Sequence record: MH051915
Direction: 5' to 3' (one strand)
From: Enterobacteria phage vB_EcoM_IME339
Length of the DNA stretch: 64,000 bases
The first letter of the stretch is position 1; every line of letters begins with the position of its first letter. The notes beneath the pieces are model-generated. The model ran no database searches. It had not been told where the DNA came from and saw only the letters and a list, made by a program, of their open reading frames with translations. The position numbers and the translations under genes were made by a program. Below are positions 30,322-47,371 of the stretch, piece after piece.

Positions 30322-30586
30322 TCTTTATGAAAATGAATCTTTTGCTAATCAATTACGCGAAAAAGCACTTAAAAGTAAACAGTTTAAGCTAGAGTGTTTT
30401 ATTAAAGATTTTTCGGAACTTGCTAATAAAGCAGCTGAGCAAGGTAAAACATATTTTAGTTATTATTGCACTGCTCGCGATAAATTGATTACTGAAGAAA
30501 TTGGTGATTGGCTGAGAAAAGAAGGATTTAGCTTTAAAGTCAATAGTGATCAGCGTGATGGTGATTGGTTAGAAATTACATTTTGA
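30308..30586 (+). CDS. Hypothetical protein, 92 aa
   Basis: ORF with AAGGTG SD. Confidence 0.55.
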   Translation: MEQYDLYENESFANQLREKALKSKQFKLECFIKDFSELANKAAEQGKTYFSYYCTARDKLITEEIGDWLRKEGFSFKVNSDQRDGDWLEITF

Positions 30587-30595
30587 GGATTAATT

Positions 30596-31600
30596 ATGTT
30601 TAAAAAGTATAGCAGTCTTGAAAATCATTATAATTCTAAATTCATTGAAAAACTTTACAGCTTAGGATTGACTGGCGGCGAATGGGTAGCTCGTGAAAAG
30701 ATTCATGGCACAAATTTCTCACTGATTATTGAACGCGATAAAGCAACTTGTGCTAAACGTACTGGACCGATTCTTCCTGCTGAAGATTTCTTTGGGTATG
30801 AAATTATTCTAAAGAATTACGCTGATTCCATTAAAGCAGTACAAGATATTATGGAAACTTCGGCAGTTGTATCTTATCAAGTCTTCGGCGAATTCGCTGG
30901 ACCTGGCATTCAGAAGAATGTCGATTATGGTGATAAAGATTTTTATGTATTTGACATTATTGTTACTACAGAAAGTGGTGATGTGACTTATGTCGATGAT
31001 TATATGATGGAATCATTCTGTAATACATTCAAATTTAAAATGGCTCCACTTTTGGGTCGTGGTAAATTTGAAGAACTTATTAAATTGCCAAATGATTTAG
31101 ATTCTGTCGTCCAGGATTATAATTTTACAGTAGACCATGCTGGATTAGTTGATGCAAATAAATGCGTTTGGAATGCCGAAGCAAAAGGCGAAGTATTTAC
31201 TGCTGAAGGATATGTATTGAAACCTTGTTATCCTTCTTTGATGCCTAATGGCAATCGTGTCGCTATTAAATGCAAGAATTCTAAATTCAGTGAAAAGAAA
31301 AAGTCCGATAAGCCTATTAAAGCTAAAGTTGAGCTATCAGAAGCTGATAATAAATTGCTGGGAATTTTAGCTTGCTACGTTACACTGAACCGAGTAAATA
31401 ACGTTATTTCTAAAATTGGCGAAATTGGTCCGAAGGATTTTGGAAAGGTGATGGGACTAACTGTTCAAGATATTTTGGAAGAAACTTCTCGTGAAGGTAT
31501 TACTCTAACTCAAGCGGATAATCCTTCTCTGATTAAAAAGGAATTAGTTAAAATGGTACAAGATGTACTTCGTCCGGCTTGGATTGAATTGGTAAGTTAA
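30596..31600 (+). CDS. rnlB: RNA ligase 2, 334 aa
   Basis: Nucleotidyltransferase motif I KIHGTN (ligase lysine); length and position match T4 Rnl2. Confidence 0.93.
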   Translation: MFKKYSSLENHYNSKFIEKLYSLGLTGGEWVAREKIHGTNFSLIIERDKATCAKRTGPILPAEDFFGYEIILKNYADSIKAVQDIMETSAVVSYQVFGEFAGPGIQKNVDYGDKDFYVFDIIVTTESGDVTYVDDYMMESFCNTFKFKMAPLLGRGKFEELIKLPNDLDSVVQDYNFTVDHAGLVDANKCVWNAEAKGEVFTAEGYVLKPCYPSLMPNGNRVAIKCKNSKFSEKKKSDKPIKAKVELSEADNKLLGILACYVTLNRVNNVISKIGEIGPKDFGKVMGLTVQDILEETSREGITLTQADNPSLIKKELVKMVQDVLRPAWIELVS

Positions 31601-31604
31601 ATAA

Positions 31605-31632
31605 AAAGGGACCGAAAGGTCCCTTTGTTTTA
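31605..31632. terminator. Bidirectional terminator AAAGGGACCGAAAGGTCCCTTT between convergent rnlB and gene 24
   Basis: Perfect stem with T-tracts on both sides. Confidence 0.75.
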
Positions 31633-32913
31633 TTCATCAACGATAATTTTTGGTAGCTTAACACCTAATAAAACAGACAAATCTGAACGACCCGCCATTT
31701 TATCCATGTCTCCACCATCAATTATTCTTGCTTCTTTTTCATCTTTTGCTACAGTGTAAGGATTTGCAGATAAAGCATATCTAACTAATAAACCGATAGA
31801 TGGCTGCAAACTTTCTGGATCAACTACAACTTTAAATGCACCTACATGTTCAGGGTCATCTAAGTCAAGACCTTCTGTATACGGAGCATAGAAAATTGAT
31901 CCAACAATTTCTTTTTCGCCAATATTTTCTACTACGCCAACGATTACATAATCTAATGGGCTGTTAGTATCGCAATAAAGCGGTAAACCATTAGCTAAGA
32001 ACCCGTAGGCATTTTGTGAAAGATATTTATCATCTTCTGGTTTATGTTTTAACCAACCTGATGCAGCAAGAATCGCAGCAGCACGAGCTGAAGCAACACA
32101 GAACGTTGCTGTATAAGTTGATTCTTTTTGGATATGTGAAACCATTTCACATACCATTCGGTATAATGAACGACCAGCTTCAGGTGCAGATGCATAACTC
32201 AAATCAATGAATCCAGTATCAGTAATTCCTGTAACTTTATAGCGTTTTGACACTGTAATCAAAGACTGTAGAATATCTTTATTGATTTCATCCGCCATTT
32301 CAGTTGCAAGCAAATCTTCCAAGAAATTAGGAGCATCGAATCCATTTGCTTCTAAATCTTGTGCTAATTCAACTGTGATGCCAGTTTTAAGTTTACGAGA
32401 TTTAACCGCGGTTTGCCATTTATTAATCTGGAATCTAGCATCAGCAATTTCGCTATCAGAGCTTTCAAATTTGCTCGTTGACGCTGCGTCAGAAAATAGA
32501 CGAACCTTTAAAAGAACAATTGCAATCTGAAGAGCTAATTCTAAATCGCTTTCTTCAATATCAGCAAATGGTGTATCTTCTAATACTTTATAAACGATAT
32601 TATTATATTTGAATAAATCGCCTTTATTGAGAGTTAATTTAGACTCTTCTGTTAATTCTGTGATTTGTTCTCGGTCTACGTACCCAGCTTCGCCAGCGTA
32701 AGTAGCACCAGTTTTAAATGTAAATTCGTTATCTGGGTTAAGGTATTTGATACCATAAAAAGCAGCAACAGGTTGATTAGTTCTTTGCGTTGCTACAATG
32801 TCAGAATATATTAATTTAGTGGTAGCGCGAGTCAAAGCAACGAGATTTGGGCGACCGATTGAGTTGCTATTCGTTGTGGTTGATTCGCGCAGAAGTTCGT
32901 TGATTTTAGCCAT
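31630..32913 (-). CDS. 24: Capsid vertex protein gp24
   Basis: 427 aa; paralogous to gp23; synteny. Confidence 0.92.
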   Translation of the reverse strand: MAKINELLRESTTTNSNSIGRPNLVALTRATTKLIYSDIVATQRTNQPVAAFYGIKYLNPDNEFTFKTGATYAGEAGYVDREQITELTEESKLTLNKGDLFKYNNIVYKVLEDTPFADIEESDLELALQIAIVLLKVRLFSDAASTSKFESSDSEIADARFQINKWQTAVKSRKLKTGITVELAQDLEANGFDAPNFLEDLLATEMADEINKDILQSLITVSKRYKVTGITDTGFIDLSYASAPEAGRSLYRMVCEMVSHIQKESTYTATFCVASARAAAILAASGWLKHKPEDDKYLSQNAYGFLANGLPLYCDTNSPLDYVIVGVVENIGEKEIVGSIFYAPYTEGLDLDDPEHVGAFKVVVDPESLQPSIGLLVRYALSANPYTVAKDEKEARIIDGGDMDKMAGRSDLSVLLGVKLPKIIVDE

Positions 32914-32940
32914 TGCGCTTTCCTTTTGGTTTATATGATT

Positions 32941-32948
32941 TATTTATA
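32941..32948 (-). promoter_or_regulatory. Late promoter (TATAAATA on - strand) for gene 24
   Basis: TATTTATA on + strand 28 nt upstream of the ATG. Confidence 0.6.
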
Positions 32949-32950
32949 CC

Positions 32951-32983
32951 ATAAAAACAACTAAAGGGACCCGAAGGTCCCTT
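32951..32983 (-). terminator. Intrinsic terminator after gene 23 (AAGGGACCCGAAGGTCCCTT plus U-run on - strand)
   Basis: Perfect stem followed on the - strand by TTGTTTTTAT. Confidence 0.75.
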
Positions 32984-32996
32984 AAATCGTCAAAGA

Positions 32997-34562
32997 TTAG
33001 ATACCTTTAACATATACACGGCGGAAGTAAGCGTTTTTACCAAGGCTATTCAGAATAGAAGGCATACCGCTTTGAATGCGAGAAGCCGGAGCCTGAGCAG
33101 CGGATTCTGCAAATGGGTTGATACCGATACCGTAACGAGTTTTGAATCCCATTACTGGTTGGAAGTTCTTCGGATCGGAACCACGCAGCGGAGTCAGAGC
33201 TACATATGGAGCATAGTAAATACCAGCATCCATTTCGTTCGGACCTTTATAACCTACAGTGAAATAATCCTGTTTAGCATACTGGTCGATATATACACGG
33301 TATTTACCACCCAGAACACCAGCAAATACTGACTTGGTAGTATCAGTGTTAAAGCCGGTAGCCAGACCTTGTGCAGCATAAGAAATGCCAGTATCAACTG
33401 AAGCCAGAACGTTAACTACGTTACGGGAAGCGATAATGAAGTTACCTTCACCACGACCGGTCTGACGAGCAATTTCAACTGCTTCTTTGTCAATCTGGAA
33501 CAACAGAGCTTTAAAGGATTCACCCGCCCAGCGAGCACCACGAATATCAATCGGATCCTGGAAGTCAAATACACCAGCTTTAGAACCCGGAGTCAGGGTC
33601 ATACCAGATTTACCAACCTGGGCTGAGTAGTTAATCCAATCAACAACTTCGCGGTTGATTTCCAGCATGATTTCGGTAGCCAGAATACCAGACAGTTCAG
33701 CATCAGCATCCATACCGTGAACAGCGCGGAGGTCTTGTGCTAATTCGATAGAGTAAGCAGCTTTCAGCTGGCGAGATTTAGCTTCGATAACTTGTTTATC
33801 GATACGGAAGCCCATTTCATTCCATGGGTTATCGGTAGAACCGTTGAAACTTTCCTGGAGTTCAGCGATAGAAGTAGCCATACCTTCAGCGATTTCTACC
33901 AGTACACCAGCTTCCATTTGTTTCTTAATTTCAGCATCTAATTTAGCTGCGTCAGTTGCACTAGTATCAATTTGCTTAACTTCTGTAGCTTGCAGATACA
34001 CAGTACCAGTGTCCTGGAAGAAGTGGGTGTAAATAGTTCCAACTTCAAGAGTATCACTTGCTTTCAAAGCAGCGAATTTCTTAGCAGCACCCTGACCAGA
34101 GAACATTGCATCTGGGCCATACATTGGGTGGAATGCTTCTTTAGCACCGGAAGCGATTGGGTCTTTACCATATACTGCGCGCAGTGCGAATACCTGGCCA
34201 GTCGGGCTGTTCATCGGCTGAACACCGCAAATATCGAAAGCAATCAGGTTAGGAATAGCACGACGTACCATACCCATAACAGCTGGGCCAATCTGAGTTA
34301 CTGCGCCAGAAGTCTGACCAGCAGCGATGTTAGTAGCATTGTAACCGTGGTCACCACCGATTTCAGCTTCTGTTAAGAAAGAACCGAACGCCTGAGCGAT
34401 TTTTTCGTCTTTGTACTCTGGAGCTGTCTGGAAATCTTTTTCCTGGTTTTCAAAGATTTTAGCGATAATCGCTTGTTTGCTATTAGCAATTTCCGGTAAA
34501 CCTTCACCTTCCAGTAATGGCTTCCATTTGTTCAAAAGTTCAGCTTTAGTTTTGATAGTCAT
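32997..34562 (-). CDS. 23: Major capsid protein gp23, 521 aa
   Basis: Translation MTIKTKAELLNKWKPLLEGEG... recognised as T4 gp23. Confidence 0.97.
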   Translation of the reverse strand: MTIKTKAELLNKWKPLLEGEGLPEIANSKQAIIAKIFENQEKDFQTAPEYKDEKIAQAFGSFLTEAEIGGDHGYNATNIAAGQTSGAVTQIGPAVMGMVRRAIPNLIAFDICGVQPMNSPTGQVFALRAVYGKDPIASGAKEAFHPMYGPDAMFSGQGAAKKFAALKASDTLEVGTIYTHFFQDTGTVYLQATEVKQIDTSATDAAKLDAEIKKQMEAGVLVEIAEGMATSIAELQESFNGSTDNPWNEMGFRIDKQVIEAKSRQLKAAYSIELAQDLRAVHGMDADAELSGILATEIMLEINREVVDWINYSAQVGKSGMTLTPGSKAGVFDFQDPIDIRGARWAGESFKALLFQIDKEAVEIARQTGRGEGNFIIASRNVVNVLASVDTGISYAAQGLATGFNTDTTKSVFAGVLGGKYRVYIDQYAKQDYFTVGYKGPNEMDAGIYYAPYVALTPLRGSDPKNFQPVMGFKTRYGIGINPFAESAAQAPASRIQSGMPSILNSLGKNAYFRRVYVKGI

Positions 34563-34580
34563 TTGTGTTAACCTTTAAAA

Positions 34581-35390
34581 TTAGAAACGAGATGCGACTT
34601 TCGCATATACACTTACAATATCTTCTGCACCAGGTGCAGTTTTATCTTCTACAGCTTCAGTGACGAAATTCAGTCCGGCTGCTTCAGTATCAGGAGTATT
34701 TATACCCTCAGTAATAGTGCTTTCATCTTTATTAGACTTCTTCACCATTTCTACGATGGCACTCAATTTACTTGAGAATTCATCTGAATAATCCATACCT
34801 TCGACCAGAGCAGAGACTTTTTCTTTTTGAGACTCAGTCAGATCTTTAGTACTTTCGCTCAATGCCACTTCACGCTGCACATAATTGATATATGCGTCAC
34901 GCTTATTGAGTTCTTCGAACAGACGAGCTGATTCTTCTTTATGTTCTTGCAGCTCTTCTTCCATTTCAGCTACAACATCAACTGATTCTTCTGGAACAAC
35001 AACGTTGTGTTCAACAAAGAGCTCTTTTAATCCACCAAGCATGGATTCAAACAGTTCGGCTTTGATGCCTTTATCAACTGCTAATTTATTTTCGGCGAGC
35101 CATTCTTTCGCAAGATGGTCGATGAATTTAGAAGCTTGCTCAGCGATTTTCTTCTCAGCTTTTTCTTCGGCTTCTTCTTTATTTTTTTCTACTTCTTCTT
35201 CTGCTTTTTCAGCAATTTTAGCGATATGAGATTCAGCTAATTTAACGGCGTGCTGCTTGACGGTAGCTTCGAATACAGTGCCGAAAGTTTCTTTTGCTTC
35301 CGGAGAAATATTAACTGATTCGAAAATACTATCAAGAGCAACGGAAGCATCAATTTTTTGCGCTTCAGCAATCAGTTGTTCTTTAAGCAT
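34581..35390 (-). CDS. 22: Prohead core scaffold protein gp22
   Basis: 269 aa, acidic coiled-coil character; synteny. Confidence 0.9.
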   Translation of the reverse strand: MLKEQLIAEAQKIDASVALDSIFESVNISPEAKETFGTVFEATVKQHAVKLAESHIAKIAEKAEEEVEKNKEEAEEKAEKKIAEQASKFIDHLAKEWLAENKLAVDKGIKAELFESMLGGLKELFVEHNVVVPEESVDVVAEMEEELQEHKEESARLFEELNKRDAYINYVQREVALSESTKDLTESQKEKVSALVEGMDYSDEFSSKLSAIVEMVKKSNKDESTITEGINTPDTEAAGLNFVTEAVEDKTAPGAEDIVSVYAKVASRF

Positions 35391-35420
35391 TTTGTAGTCC
35401 TGTTGTTTAGATAATAATAT

Positions 35421-36059
35421 TTATAACGCTTTTTTCATGGCCTCTGCGAGAGCCATATAGGCGTCATCGGCACTTGTATCGGCTTCCGCCGTCTGTGATT
35501 CGGTAATTTCCTTAGGAGTTACCCATGCATCTGGAGCACTTGGACCCCATACTGCATCAACACCTACAGTTAATTTAAATCCTTCGTTTACGATACGATA
35601 ACCTTTATTTGTGTCAGTCAATGAACCTAATCCACGAGAAGAAACTCCTGGAATCCATCCGGCACGAATATTAGCTGCTAATTTATCTCCAGGACCATGG
35701 TCACCTTCAATAACACGAGCTCGTCCGTATACGTCATTTCCTTTCCACCACATATCTTCTATAATGATAGCGGCTTGCATCGGGTCAACATTAGCGCGTG
35801 GAGGATGATTTAATTCTCCGAGAGCTTGTTTAGTTAAAACTTGCTCATTGATATAGTCTTTTACCGCTTTTTCTAATATGCGTTTTGGATAAAGACGTTT
35901 ATTTCTATTGACGACTTCCGCTTGCATGAATATTCCTTCGATGTATAAACCAGGTTTTAAACCTAGGTCTTTTCCATCATGAGATTCAAGCATTGGCACG
36001 CCATCAATAATTTCGCCAGGTTGACCCCAAGTTTCAATTAGTAATTGGGGTTCATTCAT
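35421..36059 (-). CDS. 21: Prohead core protease gp21
   Basis: 212 aa; synteny. Confidence 0.9.
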   Translation of the reverse strand: MNEPQLLIETWGQPGEIIDGVPMLESHDGKDLGLKPGLYIEGIFMQAEVVNRNKRLYPKRILEKAVKDYINEQVLTKQALGELNHPPRANVDPMQAAIIIEDMWWKGNDVYGRARVIEGDHGPGDKLAANIRAGWIPGVSSRGLGSLTDTNKGYRIVNEGFKLTVGVDAVWGPSAPDAWVTPKEITESQTAEADTSADDAYMALAEAMKKAL

Positions 36060-36484
36060 TAGCTTAATCCTAATGCTTTACGGCGTTTAAGAGCTTTTTT
36101 ACGCTTACGCTGAGCACGAGATTGACCTGCTGGATTGGCAATCTTCGTTTTGGTAGCTTTGCGAGCAATTTGTCTACGTTTTGCTTTAGACAGCCCAGTG
36201 GTTTGAAATGCATTACGTTCGCGCGTTTTGCGGTCTTTAGTACGTGTAATTTCACCACGAGCTGAAACATGCTTAACAATGAATTCATTTAACGGCATAT
36301 TTTCATTAATAGAAGCTAATGCAACTGCTAAATCAGTTTCATCATCAAGCATATTCTCGACAATTGTATTTATATCGTCTTTATTTAAAGCAGAAGACAA
36401 TTCGTCAAAGCGACCCTGTGCTTCAGGAATAAGTGCTTCGACATTCTCGAGAACTAATTCATGAGTTTCAGGGATCAGAAGCAT
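36059..36484 (-). CDS. 68: Prohead core protein gp68
   Basis: 141 aa; synteny. Confidence 0.85.
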
Positions 36485-36725
36485 TATTCATCATCCTCGT
36501 CTTCGTCATCTTCGTCAGAGTCTTTGTCTTTTTTGTCGTCTTTATCATCACTATCTTCGTCATCATCCTCGTCTTCAGGTTCTTCACCTTCGATTAAGAA
36601 ATTACGAGCGATAGCGATTTTTTCTTCTTTAATTAAATCAATCGTTCTTGCAGCCATGGCTTCAGCAAATAATTTACGAGCGGCTACGAGGTCGTTTGAT
36701 TTAATAGCTTCAATTAAACCTTCCA

Positions 36726-36726
<1 letters not shown>
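36484..36726 (-). CDS. 67: Prohead core protein gp67 (acidic C-terminal tail)
   Basis: 80 aa with Asp/Glu-rich C-terminus; synteny. Confidence 0.85.
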
Positions 36727-38351
<1,625 letters not shown>

Positions 38352-38361
38352 TTAAGCAGGA

Positions 38362-38377
38362 TGGGGATTTCTCCCCA
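38362..38377. terminator. Stem-loop TGGGGATTTCTCCCCA between genes 19 and 20
   Basis: Perfect 5-bp stem; stronger U-tract on the + strand than on the coding (-) strand. Confidence 0.5.
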
Positions 38378-38383
38378 TTCATT

Positions 38384-38875
38384 TTATTCCCAATAATCGA
38401 GAGCGAGAGTTACTTCAAAGGTTTGGATTTCATTGTTTGAATCCCAATCTAATTGAAGTTCACCCACGTTAGTAGGCCACAGGCCTTTAATTTCGACTTC
38501 TTTTGTTACAGTTTTAGCGTCACGAGCATATTGGCGTACAATAGCGCTCTTTTTATACTCTGCTGGTTTTCCACCAGTAATTTCGTTTCCTTGCCCAGCA
38601 GCAATGCTTTGCCAGTCAACAAACTTCTGACGTGCATCATGAGCCTCATCATTCATTACTGTAATAGTCCAGTCATCGAATGTACGATCGCCTGCTACGT
38701 TAATTTTACGGTTCATAAACCCGACTGGAATTTTTTCTACAATACCAGCTGGTAAAGCAGTGGCTTTACATTGAAACGTAAAATTTTGTCCAAGATAAGA
38801 AATTTCTACTTGGAACAAGTTAGGTCGAGCAAAATCACCAGATTCAAACGCTCGTGTTACATCATCTACAAACAT
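38384..38875 (-). CDS. 19: Tail tube protein gp19
   Basis: 163 aa; synteny. Confidence 0.92.
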   Translation of the reverse strand: MFVDDVTRAFESGDFARPNLFQVEISYLGQNFTFQCKATALPAGIVEKIPVGFMNRKINVAGDRTFDDWTITVMNDEAHDARQKFVDWQSIAAGQGNEITGGKPAEYKKSAIVRQYARDAKTVTKEVEIKGLWPTNVGELQLDWDSNNEIQTFEVTLALDYWE

Positions 38876-38983
38876 ATTAGCCTCTGTAGTATTTATATCC
38901 CTATGTTTAACCTAGGGCATATAGAATTAAAGATATAGTGTATTTATATGGCCTGCCGAAACAGGCCTTTAGAATGCACCGTA

Positions 38984-40963
38984 TTAACCTGCAAGACCAG
39001 TTAACTCATCGAAATCTGCACCAGTAGCAGTTGCTACGAAGTTCAAGGTAATGTAGTTAATGCTTCTAGCCGGTTGGATGTAGAATGTTGCAACAAACTC
39101 ATTTCTATCAATTACTGACGGAGTGTTATTTGTTGTATCGCAAACTACACGATATTCATAAATTCCACCGAGAGCTTTAATTCCCTGTAAGTACTGGGCA
39201 GTTTCTGTGCGGAATGATGAACGAGTAAACGCGTTGTTTAATTCGAACAAACGATATTTTGAACTACGTCCGATATTCGTTTTCAACATATTAAACAGAC
39301 GACGAACGTTAATACGATCAAATGGAGAAGGAACAGAAGTAGCTGTTTTATCACCATACAATACGTAACCATCACCACCTGTACCGGTTACCGGGTTGAT
39401 AGCTTCTTGGTATAAACGGTCGCGCTGCGCCTGGCGAGTTTCAATAGCAAGTTTAATAACGTTAAGAATCTGGCCACGATTATAACCAGCTGGAGACATC
39501 CAAGTCTGAGAAACGTTATCAGTTCTTGCGCATAAACCGGCAATATCAGCTGCTAATGGAACCCAACGATTTACATCATTATATTTGTCATACTGATATT
39601 TGTAGTTACCATCAATTGCTGCATAGGTTGAACTGATATTAAAGTTATTATCAGTGTATGAACCAGTTGCAGTTCTCCAATTGACTAAGTTATCGACAGC
39701 ACGAGTTACAGGAATTCCAACTACAGTTTCACGCGGTGGTGAGCATAATACTAAGCAATCTTGACGAGCATCCCCAATTGAAACGACATGTTTTTGGACA
39801 GTAGATGCTGTTTCTAAAGATTCACCGGCACAAGAACCCGCAATAAACAACTGAACGTCAACAGATTCACGGTCAGCAAAGAAGTCCCAAGCTTCCATCA
39901 AATCTCCTGCTGTTACTTCAGCATTTGACGATAATCCACCAGACAGAGTTAAAATTCCAGAGAAGCCTTCTGGCCAGTTTTGCGCAGTTGCGAAAATATA
40001 TTCTGAACCACCTTTTGCGAAAAAGTCATCAATATAGATGTTACTATCGTAAATATCTTTTTCACCACGCTTCGTTGAAAGAACAACGCTTTGAACAATA
40101 GCATCATTGCGACGAACTATAATAGCGTATTGTGAATCAGTTTGTGGTCCATATCCAAACACTGCCTTGGCAGTAGATGCGCGGGTTCCGCCACCTGGAT
40201 AAATTGGGAGTAATGCAGAAGCCCCTTTTGCGTAGTCAGCTTTAGATACGATTTCGATTTCGATTTTATCGCCCAACTCGCCTGGATAAAGAGCTACTAC
40301 TCCTGGAATTCCATATTTTTCGAGATTTGCTTGAAAGTCAACAGCTGTCATAGCAGCTTCGGCATTTTCAATTTCAGCTAATAAAATACCAGAATCAGTA
40401 ATAATTTTTCCAAGAGTTATTACTGCAGCTAAACCAGAGGAAGACGAAGAAATTTCCGCGGTCCAGTTAGAACCTAATTCCGGATATTCGCCTACTTCTT
40501 TCGCTTTAGCGATAATTTTTGCAGTAGGAATATTAATTTTCTTAATTTTTCCATCAGCATCCACTTCGGTAACTTTACATTCTGTTTCAATGTCTTCTGA
40601 AACATACTTAACCGTGATTTTATCTCCAACCGCGTAGTTACTACCTGGGGTAGAAATAGTGTATTCAATATTACCGGCAATCGGAGATGAGTTTTTAGCG
40701 GTATCTCTATCGACAGCACGCACAACTCGCAAATCATTTCCGTATTGTAAGAAATTCATTGCAGACATAAAATAGTCAGCAGTTTCAGCTGTAGGTTGAC
40801 CAAAAGTATTAACTAAATCTACTTCATTTGTAACCTGTTTAATTTGAAAAGCAGGACCCCACTGGAATTTACCGGCCAAAGCTGCTGTACCAGTAGAGTT
40901 ATTAACCACGGTGCTTTGAACCGTAGTTTCTTTGAGCTCAATGCCCGGAGATAATAAAGTCAT
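38984..40963 (-). CDS. 18: Tail sheath protein gp18
   Basis: 659 aa; synteny. Confidence 0.95.
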   Translation of the reverse strand: MTLLSPGIELKETTVQSTVVNNSTGTAALAGKFQWGPAFQIKQVTNEVDLVNTFGQPTAETADYFMSAMNFLQYGNDLRVVRAVDRDTAKNSSPIAGNIEYTISTPGSNYAVGDKITVKYVSEDIETECKVTEVDADGKIKKINIPTAKIIAKAKEVGEYPELGSNWTAEISSSSSGLAAVITLGKIITDSGILLAEIENAEAAMTAVDFQANLEKYGIPGVVALYPGELGDKIEIEIVSKADYAKGASALLPIYPGGGTRASTAKAVFGYGPQTDSQYAIIVRRNDAIVQSVVLSTKRGEKDIYDSNIYIDDFFAKGGSEYIFATAQNWPEGFSGILTLSGGLSSNAEVTAGDLMEAWDFFADRESVDVQLFIAGSCAGESLETASTVQKHVVSIGDARQDCLVLCSPPRETVVGIPVTRAVDNLVNWRTATGSYTDNNFNISSTYAAIDGNYKYQYDKYNDVNRWVPLAADIAGLCARTDNVSQTWMSPAGYNRGQILNVIKLAIETRQAQRDRLYQEAINPVTGTGGDGYVLYGDKTATSVPSPFDRINVRRLFNMLKTNIGRSSKYRLFELNNAFTRSSFRTETAQYLQGIKALGGIYEYRVVCDTTNNTPSVIDRNEFVATFYIQPARSINYITLNFVATATGADFDELTGLAG

Positions 40964-40991
40964 TTTTAATCCTCTTTAATATGCTTTAATA

Positions 40992-44132
<3,141 letters not shown>

Positions 44133-44173
44133 GATTTCTCCTAATCTGGGCTTTAATTAGTTTATAATATTTA

Positions 44174-45875
<1,702 letters not shown>

Positions 45876-45888
45876 TTAAAAATCCTTT

Positions 45889-45904
45889 GGGGCCTTGCGG
45901 CCCC
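45889..45904 (-). promoter_or_regulatory. Stem-loop GGGGCCGCAAGGCCCC between wac stop and the gene 13 RBS
   Basis: Perfect 6-bp GC stem with GCAA loop immediately upstream of AAGGA SD on the - strand. Confidence 0.5.
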
Positions 45905-45907
45905 ATG

Positions 45908-47371
45908 TTATGCTGGTGATAAAAAGGTAGAAAGTAATACCCATTCGCCGTCTTTACGAACGTAAGCTTGACCATCTTTTGGAGCTTCAGGAATATAACC
46001 TGCTTCTTGTAGAGCTTGAACATCACCTTGCAGAGAAGATATACTACCTTTGGCTGTATTCACTTCTTGTGTAACTGATGCAATGTTGGTTTCGTTAGCT
46101 TTTATTGAATTGGTTAATCCACGTTCTTCGACAGTTGAACCGTTTGGATTAGTTCCATTTACTAAAGTATTTAACGCTACAACTTGCCCTTTAATTCCTG
46201 CGCTGTTATTACCAATCTCTACTTGTAGGTTTTGAACATCGTTGTTCAAGCTTGAAACAGAAGTTTCAATTGTAGAAACTCGGTTTAAAAGAGACCCAGG
46301 AGGAGAAGGTTGTCCACCGCTAGAATCAGTTCCAACAATTTGGTTTAACCACGAAACATTCGCTCTTAAACCAGATGAAGTGTTTTCACCGACGATTCCA
46401 TTTAGAGCTTCGATTGAAGTTGTATTATCTTTGATTTGGCCTTTAATACTCGAAGGAATATCATCTGAACCAATAGAAGTTTCAATAACGGTTAAACGCT
46501 GTTTAATACCTCCACTTTGATTTAGCTCTAAATTAATAGATGCAATATTATCAGTGTTTGTATTAACACTCGTAATAATCGAATTATTTCCTGGATATCC
46601 TATTGAGGTCTTAATAGCACTAATGTCAGACTCAACTGTTGTCTGTTTAGTGTCAATTTCATTTAAGCGGCTGTAAACGGTTTGTGAAAACGATGGTGGT
46701 TTTGGTCCAAGCTCTTCACGGAGATTACCAACTTCAATAGTCAAAGAACCTACATCAGATTCAATAAATTTTGTTTCTAATTCGCTTAAACGTATTCCCT
46801 GTGAAGTAATGACATCAGTATTATTAATAATGCGATGCTTCATTCCTGTGCTAGGATTTCCTACAACAGGAAGACCATTAATATCTTGGCCTGTGTATTG
46901 TCCAAGTTCACGCTTTATCCACAGTAAATCATTTCTGATCGTTCTGTATACAGAGTTGGCCTCGGAGTTAAATGGACCAATATCAGCAAGAATGCTGTCA
47001 ACCGTACTATTAGTCCCATTTAATATTTCTGTATGTTCACTGGTTAGCGTTTTAAGGTCAGAAATATCCTTTTTATTGATACTTATTTGGGCCAAAGCTT
47101 CAATATCACCAGATACATCTAAGATGCCCTGAATTGTTTTAATATCACTATTTGCGGTTTCTAAAGATGTTTTAAGTATTCCGATGTTTTTATCAAGAAC
47201 TTCAACATTTCTTAGTATAGAAACTGTTGGTCTATTCATTGAGCCTTCACTTCCATACTGTGTGTCAGCTCCTAATATTTCTTCGCCGTTTTTAATCCAG
47301 GAAATGCGGCTCTGGCCCTCTGCAGGAGGGCCGTCAACGAATGGTAAGTCATTCAGTACAATATCTGTCAT
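45908..47371 (-). CDS. wac: Fibritin (whisker) Wac
   Basis: 487 aa coiled-coil protein ending in the foldon-like [27 protein letters not shown]. Confidence 0.93.
   Translation of the reverse strand: MTDIVLNDLPFVDGPPAEGQSRISWIKNGEEILGADTQYGSEGSMNRPTVSILRNVEVLDKNIGILKTSLETANSDIKTIQGILDVSGDIEALAQISINKKDISDLKTLTSEHTEILNGTNSTVDSILADIGPFNSEANSVYRTIRNDLLWIKRELGQYTGQDINGLPVVGNPSTGMKHRIINNTDVITSQGIRLSELETKFIESDVGSLTIEVGNLREELGPKPPSFSQTVYSRLNEIDTKQTTVESDISAIKTSIGYPGNNSIITSVNTNTDNIASINLELNQSGGIKQRLTVIETSIGSDDIPSSIKGQIKDNTTSIEALNGIVGENTSSGLRANVSWLNQIVGTDSSGGQPSPPGSLLNRVSTIETSVSSLNNDVQNLQVEIGNNSAGIKGQVVALNTLVNGTNPNGSTVEERGLTNSIKANETNIASVTQEVNTAKGSISSLQGDVQALQEAGYIPEAPKDGQAYVRKDGEWVLLSTFLSPA

Noticed and set aside
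34563-34620. Expected TATAAATA late promoter immediately upstream of gene 23
   Set aside because: No exact octamer found in the 60 nt upstream of the gene 23 ATG on the - strand; transcription may come from promoters upstream of genes 21/22 or from a variant motif, so none is annotated.
34885-35229. + strand 114-aa Ser-rich ORF
   Set aside because: Lies entirely inside gene 22 on the opposite strand; composition is a mirror of the acidic gp22 sequence.
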